DNA of 64,000 bases from positions 1 through 64,000 of IMG/VR virus record IMGVR_UViG_3300032246_000381, one strand, 5' to 3'. The notes beneath the pieces were generated by a model, which did no database searches, was not told the origin of the DNA, and saw only the letters and a list, made by a program, of their open reading frames with translations. The stretch is from a virus. The stretch's first letter is position 1. Each line of letters begins with the position of its first letter. Made by a program: the position numbers and the translations under genes. Positions 17,202 to 29,500 of the stretch are shown here, one piece after another.

Positions 17202-18302
17202 ATGGCGTTATCTATCAATCCTTTGTCAACATTAGTTAACCAAGTAAGTGCGTCAATCCAGACCGCTTCTAATGCAGCTAACTCAGCGTTGACAGATGCA
17301 ACAAACTCTATTGACAAAGCACAACTAGATGCCAAGATAAGCCAGTTGAGCGGTGAGCTTGGTAGTGGGCTTAACGGTCTCAGCGGCAATCTTAAAACAG
17401 CATTTGGTTCTTCTGCACTAGGAGACTTTGCTAATAAAGCATCAAGCTCAGTATCGGGTGCAGTAGGCAGTTTGCAATCTGCAGTTGGTAGCACTAGTAA
17501 CATTGCTGCTGACATTTCTGGAACATTAAACAAACTAACAGGCGGTAACCTAGCAGGTGGCCTACAAAGCCTAGCTGGACAAATTTCCTCAGCAGCTGGA
17601 ATGTTAAACAACATCCTCAGCTTACGTAGGGGAGCAAATTTACCCGGCGGCGGTGAAACTCTACTTAAACAGGGACAAGCAATTAAATTAAGACCAGGAT
17701 TCAAAGACGACTGGCGAGTAAGACTTCAAGCTCCTTGGGATCTCTTTAAAAGCGATTTATTTACACGTCTGTCAGCAACAGGTGGTGTTGTTTGGCCCTA
17801 TAACCCAAACATCACAGTAACTACCAAGGCAGAATATAACAGTCAGTCATTGGTGCATAGCAATTATAATTTCCAGTCTTATAAAAACAGTTCTGTAGAG
17901 GCGATCCAGATATCTGGAGAGTTCAGTTGCGAAACAGAAGTTGATGCTGCCTACTGGATCGCAGCAACTACATTCTTTAAAACAGCAACAAAAATGTTTT
18001 TTGGTACGGGACCTAATGCAGGTAACCCTCCTATCGTCTGTAACCTATCTGGTTACGGCAGCAGTGTATTTGATAATATCCCGGTAGTTGTTACAAACTT
18101 CAGTGTTGATCTAAAAGATGATGTCAACTACATACGATGCAATACATTTGGTACAAATACTTGGGTACCGATACTTAGTACAATTACAGTGACAGTAATG
18201 CCGGTATACAATAGAAGACGTCTACGTCAGTTTAGTTTAGAAGATTATGCACGTGGTGGAGTCGCTGGTAAAGCCTCCGGCGGTGGAATAGGATACTTAT
18301 AA
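17202..18302 (+). CDS. Baseplate/tail-tube initiator protein (gp48/gp54-like)
   Basis: Ser/Gly/Ala-rich N-terminus; C-terminal WPYNP...GNPPIVCNLSGYG...PVVVTNFSVDL tube-like domain; first gene of the baseplate operon. Confidence 0.6.
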   Translation: MALSINPLSTLVNQVSASIQTASNAANSALTDATNSIDKAQLDAKISQLSGELGSGLNGLSGNLKTAFGSSALGDFANKASSSVSGAVGSLQSAVGSTSNIAADISGTLNKLTGGNLAGGLQSLAGQISSAAGMLNNILSLRRGANLPGGGETLLKQGQAIKLRPGFKDDWRVRLQAPWDLFKSDLFTRLSATGGVVWPYNPNITVTTKAEYNSQSLVHSNYNFQSYKNSSVEAIQISGEFSCETEVDAAYWIAATTFFKTATKMFFGTGPNAGNPPIVCNLSGYGSSVFDNIPVVVTNFSVDLKDDVNYIRCNTFGTNTWVPILSTITVTVMPVYNRRRLRQFSLEDYARGGVAGKASGGGIGYL

Positions 18303-18303
18303 T

Positions 18304-18606
18304 ATGTCACAGAGATATTCTAAATATACACCTTGGTCATCAACTAAAGAAAATAATTTATATCTTGAACTGTTGTCAATTCGACCAGTGCCGGCCGAAG
18401 CCGATGACTTTAAGTATATAATTGAAAATCATTATAAACATCGTCCTGATTTACTATCATACGATCTATATGGTACTCCTAAACTATGGTGGGTATTTGT
18501 GCAAAGAAATATGAGTGTGCTACGTGACCCTATCTATGATTTTGAACCAGGTGTTACTATCTACGTTCCTAAAAAATCAAATCTTGAAAAATTCCTAGGA
18601 ATATAA
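18304..18606 (+). CDS. Baseplate wedge LysM-like protein (gp53-like)
   Basis: RPDLLSYDLYGTPKLWWVF...N...DPI motif. Confidence 0.8.
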   Translation: MSQRYSKYTPWSSTKENNLYLELLSIRPVPAEADDFKYIIENHYKHRPDLLSYDLYGTPKLWWVFVQRNMSVLRDPIYDFEPGVTIYVPKKSNLEKFLGI

Positions 18607-18607
18607 G

Positions 18608-21073
18608 ATGGCTGGATTTAGAGATATCGGTATACAGGTAGGTCAATATCTATCAGATTTAAGAAAACCCGACGGTACACAGATCCGTACTGACATTGTT
18701 GGAGCAGCAGTTTCTGCTGTAGGTTCCGCAGTTAGATCTACAGGCGCTACAGGCGCTACCGCAATGGCCTTGCTTGAAAACGGCAAAAGTTTTCAATATG
18801 TAAAACCTGGTACTACACAAATGGGCAAGGCCCTAGAGTTAGAAAACAGAGGATATAATACATTAGAACAGTTTGCTTCGTTTACACCGTTGTGGACAAT
18901 GGCCTGTTTAGAACCAAAGCAATTCAACGACCCACGATCATATAGAGATAGTCCTTCTGCCCTCAAGCACGTGGTATTTGCTTCCGGTGGACGGTTTGAC
19001 GAACAGCGTGTGAGTATTGAAGGACCAACAGCCGGTGGTCAAGTTCCAGAATACTTTGTCAACAATTTTCAAATGAACTGCGTTATTTCTGCCAACGACA
19101 AAAGCGGAAACTCAAATGCTATAAAATTTAGTTTTGATATCTATGAGCCATATAGTATGGGCCTGTTGCTACAGAGCTTACAGGTGTCTGCTAAAAAAGC
19201 AGGATATACAAACTATCTGCAAAATGCTCCATATGTTCTAAGATTAGATTTTATGGGCTTTGATGAAAATATGTTACAGTACAAAACTGTAAAACCTAAA
19301 TTCTTCACAATGAAATTAGTCAGCTGTAAGTTTTCAGTGACTGAATCAGGTAGTGTGTATAAGGTAGAAGGTATTCCCTACAACCATCACGGCTTTAGTG
19401 ATTCTGTAAACACAGTATACAATGACGTGAAGATCGAAGCATCTAAAACAACAGCACCAGATCTAATATATCCATCGGGCTCAATTGGTGATATCTTAGT
19501 CACTGGTGAAAACAGTCTATGTGCGTTCTTAAATAAAAACGAAGAAAAATTAAAACAAGAAGGAAAGATAACCTATCCGGATATCTACGAAATACAGTTC
19601 CCAGAAAATGCCAGTGATTATGATACTTCCCCTCCACCGGACCTTACTCCAAAAACTGCCACAGTAAATCCCTATGGACCCCCACCTAGAGTATTAGTTC
19701 AAGGTGGTGGAGCAGTGGCAACTAACGCCCCTCCTAAGTCATCAAACGAAGTTGGCAAGGCAATGATCACTTATCTTAATACACAAGGTGGTAATTTTAA
19801 ATTTGCTACAAATGAAGTACGTGATGAAAAAACTGGTAAAATTAAACGTGATAATATGACAGTTGACCCTAAGGCAAGAACATTTCAATTTGCACAAGGG
19901 CAATCACTTACCGCAGTTATTAATCAGATCATCCTAAGTTCTGACTATGCCAAGAAAGCGATCGATCCAGCTAATAAACAAGAAGGTTTTATTAAATGGT
20001 TTAGACTGGATGTGCAAATACAATTACAAGCAGATAAGTTTGATGATCTAATCGGTGATTATCCAATGAGGATAATCTATCGTGTTGTTCCTTTTTTAGT
20101 TCACGAAAGTATTTTCCAAGCGCCAAACTCTGCACCTACAGGATATAATGAACTTAAAAAGAAAATTCGTAGAGCCTACGAATATATCTATACAGGTAAA
20201 AACGTTGACATCATAAAATTTGATATCAATATTAATAATCTTTTCTTTACTGGTGCAAAAACGTCATCTGAATCCAAGACTGGATCAATTGCTGCGCCAG
20301 ACAATCAAGGACCCGGCGGAGCAAATCCAACCAAGGCCGTTAAGACAGGTAAAGGTGATGCTACCAAAGAAGCACAGACTGCTAATACTGGTCGATCAAG
20401 GCCTCAGCGTACTCCTGAAATGATGAAAACAGCAGTTGGTGGTGACGGTATGGGATCAGTAGAACGCGAAGTAGCAAAAACATTCCACAAAGCATTCCTT
20501 TCGGGATCAAGTGCTGATATGGTCACTGTTGATTTAGAAATACTAGGCGATCCGTATTGGATGGTTGATAGTGGAATATCAAACTATATGGCCAAGCCAG
20601 CAGATAGCAACGGTAAGGGTATATCTCTTATTACAGAAGACGGAACAATGAACTACGAAGGTAACGATGTTTACATCTATCTTTCATTCAAAACACCAGT
20701 AGATATAAACGAAACTACGGGGCTTTATGATATGTCAGCTCGAGAAGCTCAAAGCCCATTTGGTGGTATATATCGTGTAGTAATGTGTGAGAACACCTTC
20801 AATGATGGGCTGTTCAAACAAAAATTAAAATGTATCAGACAGCCTGGACAAGAATCAGATTATGATGGTGAAGTATTGACACAAGACAAAGGACAATCGC
20901 CTGCGGCAAAAGTTGAAGAAGAATTACGCGATGCAACTTCTCCACAAGATTCGCCTGTAGATAGTGAACAGAAGCGTTTATTAAGAGCAGCTAAGTCCGC
21001 AGTGGCATCTAGTGATACTGCTGCCGCTGCCGAAGCACTAGGCAGAATACGACAAAATAGAGGAGTTGCATAA
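18608..21073 (+). CDS. Baseplate hub protein (gp27-like position)
   Basis: Between the gp53-like and gp5-like genes; C-terminal LEILGDP...GIYRVVMCENTFNDGLFKQKL. Confidence 0.6.
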   Translation: MAGFRDIGIQVGQYLSDLRKPDGTQIRTDIVGAAVSAVGSAVRSTGATGATAMALLENGKSFQYVKPGTTQMGKALELENRGYNTLEQFASFTPLWTMACLEPKQFNDPRSYRDSPSALKHVVFASGGRFDEQRVSIEGPTAGGQVPEYFVNNFQMNCVISANDKSGNSNAIKFSFDIYEPYSMGLLLQSLQVSAKKAGYTNYLQNAPYVLRLDFMGFDENMLQYKTVKPKFFTMKLVSCKFSVTESGSVYKVEGIPYNHHGFSDSVNTVYNDVKIEASKTTAPDLIYPSGSIGDILVTGENSLCAFLNKNEEKLKQEGKITYPDIYEIQFPENASDYDTSPPPDLTPKTATVNPYGPPPRVLVQGGGAVATNAPPKSSNEVGKAMITYLNTQGGNFKFATNEVRDEKTGKIKRDNMTVDPKARTFQFAQGQSLTAVINQIILSSDYAKKAIDPANKQEGFIKWFRLDVQIQLQADKFDDLIGDYPMRIIYRVVPFLVHESIFQAPNSAPTGYNELKKKIRRAYEYIYTGKNVDIIKFDININNLFFTGAKTSSESKTGSIAAPDNQGPGGANPTKAVKTGKGDATKEAQTANTGRSRPQRTPEMMKTAVGGDGMGSVEREVAKTFHKAFLSGSSADMVTVDLEILGDPYWMVDSGISNYMAKPADSNGKGISLITEDGTMNYEGNDVYIYLSFKTPVDINETTGLYDMSAREAQSPFGGIYRVVMCENTFNDGLFKQKLKCIRQPGQESDYDGEVLTQDKGQSPAAKVEEELRDATSPQDSPVDSEQKRLLRAAKSAVASSDTAAAAEALGRIRQNRGVA

Positions 21074-22644
21074 TGGCAGAGTTTAAACGATCGGGATATG
21101 ACGAAACTTCCTCGGCGGATATTGGCACAGGCCCGTATCTTGCAAGGGTAATTAGTCACCTTGATACTACGTTTATGGGAGACTTAGAAGTTACACTTTT
21201 AAGAGACTCAGGTAATACGATGGGTGAAGATACAGAAACGTACACAGTACATTTTGCTTCACCTTTCTTTGGAGTAACCCCATTTGAATTTATGGGGCAA
21301 AACAAAACAGACTTTAATGATACACAAAAAAGTTACGGAATGTGGATGGTACCACCGGACGTTGGTGTAACTGTTATGTGTACATTTGTAAACGGTGACC
21401 CTGCACAGGGATACTGGTTTGCCTGCATTCCGCCTAAGTTTGCAAATCAAATGGTTCCAGCAATGGCTGGCACGACACAGGTTGAATTAACCGACGAAGA
21501 CAAGAAAAAATACAATACAAAAATGCCTTTGCCTACAGGCGAATATAATAAAAAAGTTAATGCTAAAACAGAAAGCAGTGTTGATGTTGATAAACTAACA
21601 AAACCTATTCATCCTATTGCTGAAGCATTTTTAAACGCAGGTTTGTTAGAGGATGATGTTCGAGGAATAACAACTACAACAAGTCGTCGTGAAGTACCAA
21701 GTATGGTATTTGGTATTAGTACTCCAGGCCCATTAGACAGAAGAATAAATGCCAAGAAAGGGTTTATAGGAAAAGTAAACGATCAGACAGCAACACCAGT
21801 TCCTGTAAGTCGATTAGGTGGAACAACATTTGTAATGGATGACGGTGATGATCGATATCAACGAGTAAAACCAGCGAATCAGGGCGGTATGGAGTATGTT
21901 GATATCACCGAACAAAAAACTGGACAAACCAGTCAACCAGATATTCCTTACAATGAATACTTCCGTGTAAGAACAAGAACAGGGCATCAAATATTGATGC
22001 ACAACAGTGAAGATTTAATCTACATCGCCAATGCTAAAGGCACTGCCTGGATTGAATTAACAGCCAATGGAAAAATTGATATCTATGCAGGAGACAGTAT
22101 TAGTATTCACACTGAAACTGATTTAAACATCCGTGCTGATAGAGACATCAATATCGAAGCCGGCAGAAATATTAATATGAGAACTGAAACAGGTCGCTGG
22201 CACGCCGAGGTTGCAACAAATTTAGAATTTTTAGTTAACTCTGAGACTAAGCTCACAGTCGGTGAAAACTGTCAGATATTAGTTGGTAAATCTACTAAAA
22301 TTTCTAGTAATACCAATTGCGAAATTAATACTAACGGAGATAATTTATTCAGTGCAGGAGCTAATACAAATATTGGTAGCGGTGGCAACCACGTAGAATC
22401 AGCAGCTGATATCTTTATGAATAGTCAGGCAGCAACACCTGCCACTACCGCTGATTTCGTACAACCATTAGAATTAAGAGATAATCCAGCAGTGACCACT
22501 CAAGTTGGATGGAATCCTAAAAAATATCAAGCCGGTGTTACTAAGAGTATTATGAAACGTATGCCGATGCACGAGCCTTGGCTATTGCACGAAAATATGG
22601 CTCCGCAATTACTAACTCCAGACCAAACAGATAGAGAGGTATAA
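21073..22644 (+). CDS. gp5: Baseplate central spike (gp5/VgrG-like)
   Basis: OB-fold motif GMWMVPPDVGVTVMCTFVNGD, RTRTGHQILM, then beta-helix repeats; no lysozyme domain seen. Confidence 0.8.
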   Translation: MAEFKRSGYDETSSADIGTGPYLARVISHLDTTFMGDLEVTLLRDSGNTMGEDTETYTVHFASPFFGVTPFEFMGQNKTDFNDTQKSYGMWMVPPDVGVTVMCTFVNGDPAQGYWFACIPPKFANQMVPAMAGTTQVELTDEDKKKYNTKMPLPTGEYNKKVNAKTESSVDVDKLTKPIHPIAEAFLNAGLLEDDVRGITTTTSRREVPSMVFGISTPGPLDRRINAKKGFIGKVNDQTATPVPVSRLGGTTFVMDDGDDRYQRVKPANQGGMEYVDITEQKTGQTSQPDIPYNEYFRVRTRTGHQILMHNSEDLIYIANAKGTAWIELTANGKIDIYAGDSISIHTETDLNIRADRDINIEAGRNINMRTETGRWHAEVATNLEFLVNSETKLTVGENCQILVGKSTKISSNTNCEINTNGDNLFSAGANTNIGSGGNHVESAADIFMNSQAATPATTADFVQPLELRDNPAVTTQVGWNPKKYQAGVTKSIMKRMPMHEPWLLHENMAPQLLTPDQTDREV

Positions 22645-22646
22645 TT

Positions 22647-23093
22647 ATGGCCTTAACAAAAAAACTTTATAACACTAAAATTGTAGCAGCAAATAAAGCC
22701 TCAGTAGGCACAGAGGGACAAAATACCTTTACCTACAAGGGATTTAGTTCTAACGAAACTGGTAAAAACTATAAACTTACAGACATTGATCTAGTAAAGC
22801 AAGACCTTATGAATCATTTTTATATTCGTAAGGGAGAGAAATTAGAAAATCCAGAGTTTGGAACAGTTATCTGGGATATGCTGTTTGAACCATTTACAGA
22901 AGAAGTAAAAAAGATTATTGCCAAGGATGTAGAGGATATTATTAACTACGATCCTCGTATCGCAGTGAATTCAGTAGCAGTTGACACAACTGAACAGGGT
23001 ATTAGAATACAAGCAGATCTAGTGTACATTCAATTTAATATCAACGAAAGAATGACATTTGATTTCGACAAAGCGAATTCTATCATTAAGTAA
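22647..23093 (+). CDS. gp25: Baseplate wedge/sheath initiator (gp25-like)
   Basis: LVKQDLMNHF..RKGEKLENPEFGT.IWDMLFEP, YDPRI. Confidence 0.9.
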   Translation: MALTKKLYNTKIVAANKASVGTEGQNTFTYKGFSSNETGKNYKLTDIDLVKQDLMNHFYIRKGEKLENPEFGTVIWDMLFEPFTEEVKKIIAKDVEDIINYDPRIAVNSVAVDTTEQGIRIQADLVYIQFNINERMTFDFDKANSIIK

Positions 23094-23111
23094 GTGGTTA
23101 ATTTTAAGTGG

Positions 23112-23117
23112 TAAATA
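23112..23117 (+). promoter_or_regulatory. Late promoter TAAATA
   Basis: Intergenic, 18 nt before ATG 23136; preceded by a TAAGTGGT direct repeat at 23091 and 23105. Confidence 0.6.
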
Positions 23118-23135
23118 TGATATCAGGAATAAAAA

Positions 23136-26100
23136 ATGACAACGACCAGCAGACAAAATAACCTTATTTTAAACCAAGATTGGACTAGGATCTATCAGAC
23201 ATTTAAAAATGCTGACTTTAAATCCTACGACTTTGAAAATCTTCGTCGGGTTATTATTACCTATCTAAGACAAAACTACCCAGAAGATTTCAACGACTAT
23301 ATTGAAAGCTCTGAGTATATGGCCTTGATTGACGCTGTGGCCTTCCTTGGGCAGAGTCTAGCTTTTCGTGTTGATTTAGCCAGTCGTGAAAACTTTTTAG
23401 AATTAGCAGAACGCAAAGAAAGTGTACTACGTATTGCTCGTATGTTGAGCTATAACGCCAAAAGAAACAAAGCAGCCAAAGGTCTTTTAAAATTCACATC
23501 AGTTACAACTACAGAATCTATTTTAGACGGTAACGGCAAAAATCTAGCCAACCAGATTATTCAATGGAATGATCCAACAAACAGCAATTGGCTAGAACAG
23601 TTTATTATTGTGTTAAATGCTTCTATGTCAGATAACACAGAGTTTGGTCGTAGCCAAGGATCTGCAACAATTCAGGGAGTTCCAACTGAACAATATAGAT
23701 TTAGAACTTTCTCAAATGATGTACCTATCTATACATATAGTAAAACTGTGTCTGGTAGGGGTATGGCATTTGAAGTTGTTAGCACTGCATTTAACGGTGC
23801 TGAAAATTTTTATGAAGAAGCACCAACGCCAGCAAATCAATTAGGTTTTGTCTATCGTAATGATGGGCGTGGGCCAGGGAGTCCTAACACAGGATTTTTC
23901 TTAATGTTCAAGCAAGGAAGTTTAGAGCTTGCAGATTTCAGCATTGACACTCCTACAACTAATGAAACAATTTCAGTTGGCGCACAAAATATCAACAATG
24001 ACGATATCTGGTTATTTAAATTAAGTTCTATCGGCGCACAATTAGACCAATGGACGCAGGTATCTAATCTAGTTGGCAATAATATTGCCTATAACAGTAT
24101 CAGTCAAAACATTAGGAATATCTTTTCTGTAGTAACAAAAGAAAACGATATGGTGGATCTGTCGTTTGCCGACGGAGTATACGGTAACTTGCCACAAGGT
24201 AATTTCCGTTTTTACTACAGAGTCAGTAACGGACTAACATATTCTATCTATCCTAACGAAATGAAAGGTATTAACATCTCTGTACCTTACTATAATTCAC
24301 AAGGAATTCCACAGACAATTACTGTTGGGCTTGGACTACAACAAACAATATCGTCTTCTGCTGCAACAGAAACAGTGGACAGTATTAGAACAAATGCTCC
24401 AGCGACCTATTACACACAAAATAGAATGATCACAGGAGAAGATTATAATCTTGCTCCGTTGTCAAGTAGTCAAAACATTTTAAAAATTAAAGCCATTAAC
24501 AGAACATCAAGTGGTATCTCTAGAAATTTTGAAATCATTGATGCCAGCGGAAAATACTCTAGTGTTAATGTATTTGCTGATGATGGTTACATTTATAAAG
24601 AAGCTGTAGAAAAAACTCTGTCATTTAAAAATTATGGAAATAGATTAGAGATCCTTAATTTCCTTGCAACAGGCGGAACGTCGGGATACAGCATTTTTGA
24701 AGATACAGATGTTTACAATTTTTATCTAACAAAGTATGACAAGATTTATTTTACAGATAACGTAGAATGGTATCAGGTAACAACCGGTACAAATATTACC
24801 ACAGGCTATTTTAGAAATTCTACAGATTTCAGCAAGCTCAAAGTCGGTGCATATTCTACAAACAGTTTAAAATATGTAACACCGGGAGCCGTTGTTAAAT
24901 TTACTGCGCCAGCGGGTAAAGCCTTTAGAAAAGGTAAACTAGTAACTGCTGATACTAGCGATTCAACACAAACGTCCTACATTTGGACAGAAGTTGTTAA
25001 GGTAGTAGGCGATGGAACTAATGCAGGACGCGGAGAACTTCCGTCAGGCCTAGGCCCAATAACATTTAACACGCAGGTTCCGATCGGCGCGATAGCATCA
25101 AGAATCGTACCTAAGTGGGTTAGCAGTTTAACAACTGCATTGGCGCAAGAAATTACAAATCAAATTTTTGAAGGATTGAATTTTGGTATTCGGTACGATA
25201 TCGTTTCTTCCTCTTGGAAAATTATCACAACATCGAATATTGATCTAATCAGTCCGTTTAGTTTGGGCAAGGCAGGTGACTCATCTAATGGTCACTTAGA
25301 CTCGTCTTGGATTGTGTCCTTTGTTAAACTACCAGATCAGTATCAGATAAGAATTAGAACGATGGCCTACGTGTTCGGTAGTGTCCAACAAAATAGATTC
25401 TACTTTGATTCTACACAACGAGTGTTTAATTCGCAAACTGGCAAAGTAGTTACGGATCAGGTAAAAGTATTAAGTATTAATTCAGGTAAAGATTTAATAT
25501 CTCCGTTGAAGTATGATATTCCTTTTGAAATTGATGATGCTATTAAGTTTGACGATGGGTATCAAAGTACAAAAGAAATTAAATTAGCGTTCCTTGATAG
25601 CAATAATAACAATGCTATTGATAATCCGGATTCTTTTGAAGATATTGTTGGCGACAACACATTACCAAGATTTTTATTTTTTGTCGAGACAACAGATAAT
25701 TCGGGAACAAAATCTTACGATATTATTGATAATACAAATGATACAATATTAGTTAGACAAACAGAAGCTACGACAAACCCAGCTGATTTTAATGACGGAC
25801 AGTTAATATATTTCTATGACAGTTTAGAAGACCGTGTAAAGAAAGTAGATAAAATGTCTAATACCTTAATATTGCAAACTCAATACAAGGCTAATAGAGG
25901 TAGAGATAAATTAAAATTTCAATATCTGCACAATGCTTCTGGTAATAGAAGAATAGATCCAAGCTCTAGCAACATTATCGATCTTTACATTTTACCTAGA
26001 GCATATGATACAGACTTCAGAAACTGGTTAGCTGGAGCGATTCCAACAAAGCCAGTTGGATTAGACCACGACGAGTTGCGTGATTCATTTGGTGCAGGTC

Positions 26101-26549
26101 TGAGTGCAATTAAATCTATCAGCGATGAATTAGCCTATCACTCTGTAAAATACAAAGTGTTATTTGGCGCCAAAGCAGATATTAAATTACAGGCACAATT
26201 TAAAGTGGTTAAAAATCCTAATAAATCTGTTAATGATAATGACATTAAAGTTAGAATTATTAATGCCATCAATGATTTCTTTGATGTTAATAACTGGGAT
26301 TTTGGAGATAGATTTTATCTAAGCGAACTTACAACTTATATTTTAAATATAACCGCCCCAGACATTAGTAACCTTGTGATTGTCCCGAGACAAACAACGC
26401 AGGTATTTGGTAGTTTGTTTGAAATTCAAAGTGCAGCTGATGAAATTTTTGTTAGCGGTGCTACTGTCGATGATGTTGAAATCGTAACAGCTATTACTGC
26501 TTCAGAAATCCGAGCTACTACTAGCTCAGTCGTTAACACAACTATGTGA
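23136..26549 (+). CDS. gp6: Baseplate wedge protein (gp6-like)
   Basis: DFENLR, FNDYIESSE, SVLRIARMLSYN, FADGVYG, SIRTNAP..YYTQNRMITGEDY. Confidence 0.88.
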   Translation: MTTTSRQNNLILNQDWTRIYQTFKNADFKSYDFENLRRVIITYLRQNYPEDFNDYIESSEYMALIDAVAFLGQSLAFRVDLASRENFLELAERKESVLRIARMLSYNAKRNKAAKGLLKFTSVTTTESILDGNGKNLANQIIQWNDPTNSNWLEQFIIVLNASMSDNTEFGRSQGSATIQGVPTEQYRFRTFSNDVPIYTYSKTVSGRGMAFEVVSTAFNGAENFYEEAPTPANQLGFVYRNDGRGPGSPNTGFFLMFKQGSLELADFSIDTPTTNETISVGAQNINNDDIWLFKLSSIGAQLDQWTQVSNLVGNNIAYNSISQNIRNIFSVVTKENDMVDLSFADGVYGNLPQGNFRFYYRVSNGLTYSIYPNEMKGINISVPYYNSQGIPQTITVGLGLQQTISSSAATETVDSIRTNAPATYYTQNRMITGEDYNLAPLSSSQNILKIKAINRTSSGISRNFEIIDASGKYSSVNVFADDGYIYKEAVEKTLSFKNYGNRLEILNFLATGGTSGYSIFEDTDVYNFYLTKYDKIYFTDNVEWYQVTTGTNITTGYFRNSTDFSKLKVGAYSTNSLKYVTPGAVVKFTAPAGKAFRKGKLVTADTSDSTQTSYIWTEVVKVVGDGTNAGRGELPSGLGPITFNTQVPIGAIASRIVPKWVSSLTTALAQEITNQIFEGLNFGIRYDIVSSSWKIITTSNIDLISPFSLGKAGDSSNGHLDSSWIVSFVKLPDQYQIRIRTMAYVFGSVQQNRFYFDSTQRVFNSQTGKVVTDQVKVLSINSGKDLISPLKYDIPFEIDDAIKFDDGYQSTKEIKLAFLDSNNNNAIDNPDSFEDIVGDNTLPRFLFFVETTDNSGTKSYDIIDNTNDTILVRQTEATTNPADFNDGQLIYFYDSLEDRVKKVDKMSNTLILQTQYKANRGRDKLKFQYLHNASGNRRIDPSSSNIIDLYILPRAYDTDFRNWLAGAIPTKPVGLDHDELRDSFGAGLSAIKSISDELAYHSVKYKVLFGAKADIKLQAQFKVVKNPNKSVNDNDIKVRIINAINDFFDVNNWDFGDRFYLSELTTYILNITAPDISNLVIVPRQTTQVFGSLFEIQSAADEIFVSGATVDDVEIVTAITASEIRATTSSVVNTTM

Positions 26550-26554
26550 GAAAT

Positions 26555-29500
26555 ATGGCAAAATCAATCTACCCACAAAGCCAATTACCAATAAGAAGAA
26601 CAGTTGAATTACTGCCATCGATATTCCGTACCGGCGCAAATTCGAAATTTATGTCGGCGGTTGTTGACCCCTTAGTTCAGCCCGGCGTACTGCAAAAAAC
26701 TGTTGGATATATCGGTCGTAGGTATGGAAAGACCTATCAAGGAAAAGACGTTTATCTTGACAATGATAATACTTTAAGAAGCAGATACCAGCTTGAACCA
26801 GGTGTTACCTATAAAATAAATGGTAAGATAACAAATTTCTATGATTACATTGATTTTAAAAATCAATTGAAATTCTTTGGCAACGACGATGATCGTGATG
26901 ATGCAATAACTAGCCAACAACACTATTCTTGGAATCCCCCAATTGACTGGGACAAGTACGTTAACTTCCGCGAATATTATTGGGAACCAGATGGTCCACC
27001 ACCGGTTACAATATTAGGACAAGCCGGTAAAATTACCAGTAGTTATAAAGTACGATTAGGTCTTGGATCATTTATTTTTACTCCTGACGGTGCGACTAAT
27101 AACCCTCAACTATTTTTGTTTAGAGGGCAGACATATAAATTTAATGTTAATGTGCCAAACAGCGGACTTGTAATTAGAACAAAGTACGATACTGGATCAT
27201 TAAGATACAATCCAAATCTTGGATATGAAATCGGCGCAGTAGTATTGTTTGACGAAAAACTGTGGAGAGCTAAATCTCAAATTCCTCCAGGCGATGGTAG
27301 TACTATTGATATTGACACTGCTGACTGGCAGCTAATCAGTGTTGCTGATCATACTACAGTTTTAGATTTTAACGAAGGTGTTACAAATAATGGTATCGAA
27401 AACGGAACAATAACATTCAAAGTTCCTTTCGATGCACCGGATGTTTTATTCTATCAGAGTAAAACCGATCCAGACAAGTTTGGACAATTTGTAATTTCTA
27501 ACATCGATGAAAACACGCAGCTAGATATCGATAAAGATATCATTGGCAAATCATCTTATGTCAGCAGCAACGGCGTTACACTTACTAACGGTCTAATTGT
27601 TGAGTTTGGAGGTAAGGTTACTCCTAGCCAGTATGCTTCTTCTAACTGGTTAGTCGAAGGTGTAGGGAACGCAATTACGCTAACTCTGTTTTCAGATTTA
27701 ATTGTCCCGGTTCTTACTAAAGATGTACCTGAGGTATTGTTTGATAACGAAGGATTTGATACACAGCCTTTTGATGATGCAACGGCATATCCTTCACAGT
27801 TAGATTACATCACAATCACTCGAAACAGCAAAGATTCAAATCCTTGGTCACGCTATAATCGTTGGTTTCACAGAAGCGTATTAGATTATGCACACGGTCT
27901 AAGAGGGGTAAACTATTCTGCTCCTGAAGATGCTAGAGCAAAACGACCAATTATTGAATTTAATCCTAATATTCAATTGTTTAATCACGGTGCAGTTTCT
28001 AAAAAAGTTGTTGACTATATTGATAACTTTACAACTGATATATTTTCAAAGATTGAAGGTAGTACTGGATACAACATTGATGGTGAGTTTCTATTTGAAG
28101 GTGCTCGAATATTAGTTGTTGCAGATACTGATTCGTTAGCAAATAATAGAATTTATAAAGTAAATTTTATTAAATTTAACAACAATGTACAAATTAATCT
28201 TAAGTTAGAAAAAGACGGAGAATCACTAACCGACGAGTGTGTATTAGTGAGACGTGGTACAACCAATGCTGGGCTGATGTATCACTTTAACGGTGATACT
28301 TGGCAACTGAGTCAACTAAAAACTAAAGTAAATCAACCTCCGTTATTTGATGCCTACGATAGTAATGGGATTAGCTTTGCTGACTTGTCAGTATATCCGG
28401 TTAGTTCTTTCTTGGGTACTACACTATTTGAGTATAATCAAGGCACTAGCGGAGTAAATGATTCACAACTAGGATTTCCACTAACCTACTTGAACATTGA
28501 TAATCTAGGCGATATAAAATTTAATTGGACTTGGGATTCTGATGTTTTCTATTACACTTCCAATACTAATATTACAGAATCAAAATTAATTTCTACAGGT
28601 TATTATAAAGAAAATGCAGAATATAAAAACGGATGGATATCAACCAATCTTGAATACATACAACCATTAATTGACAGTGTCCTAATATCCACACCTACTA
28701 ATGTTGTAAAATTAACAACATTGGATTGGGAAGCTGTTACTGACAGCAGTATGTTGGTAATCAATTTTTATCTCAACGGCACCAAGATAACTGATAATCC
28801 TTGGACTAGAGAACGCGGCATTTTTACATTTACAACGCCGTTTGCAGAAACAGATATACTTTCTGTTAAAATAATTACAGACGTTAATCACGTGACCGGT
28901 TACTTCGAAATTCCATCTGGATTAGAAAAGAATCCGTTGAATCAAAAACTAACATCATTTACATTTGGACAAGCGATTGACCACGTTGTTTCAGCACTAG
29001 AATTTGATGAAAGATTTCAAGGAACTGTTCCTGGTAAATCAAACCTAAGAGACTTAGTCGACTATCAAAATAATGCTAAACGTTTCTTAAAGCATTCCGG
29101 TTCAGCTCCATTGGCATTGGCATTATTGTGCGATAAAGAAAATAATATTATTAAATCTTTACAGTATGCAAAACAGCAGTATACTGAATTTAAAAATAAT
29201 TTTCTAGCTAGATCTGTAGAACTTGAATATACAAACTCTATTCCTGATTTTGTTGATAATATTATACAAAGCCTAACCAGTACCAAAACTGTTGCATCAC
29301 CGTTTGCTGATTCTGATATGATAGGCAGTGGAGCATATTCTACTGTAACATATACTGTTGAAGATACTGGAATTAAAACATTTGCATTGAAGCAATCATT
29401 TAGTCTTGAGCAACTAAGTCGTAATGCAGTTTACGTATACGTTAATGATCAACAATTATTAGTTAACAGCCAATACGAATTTAATGCTACATTTGGATTC

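Noticed and set aside
17144-17704. 186-aa minus-strand ORF and other antisense ORFs within tail genes
   Set aside because: Shadow ORFs caused by codon bias; no RBS or recognisable motifs
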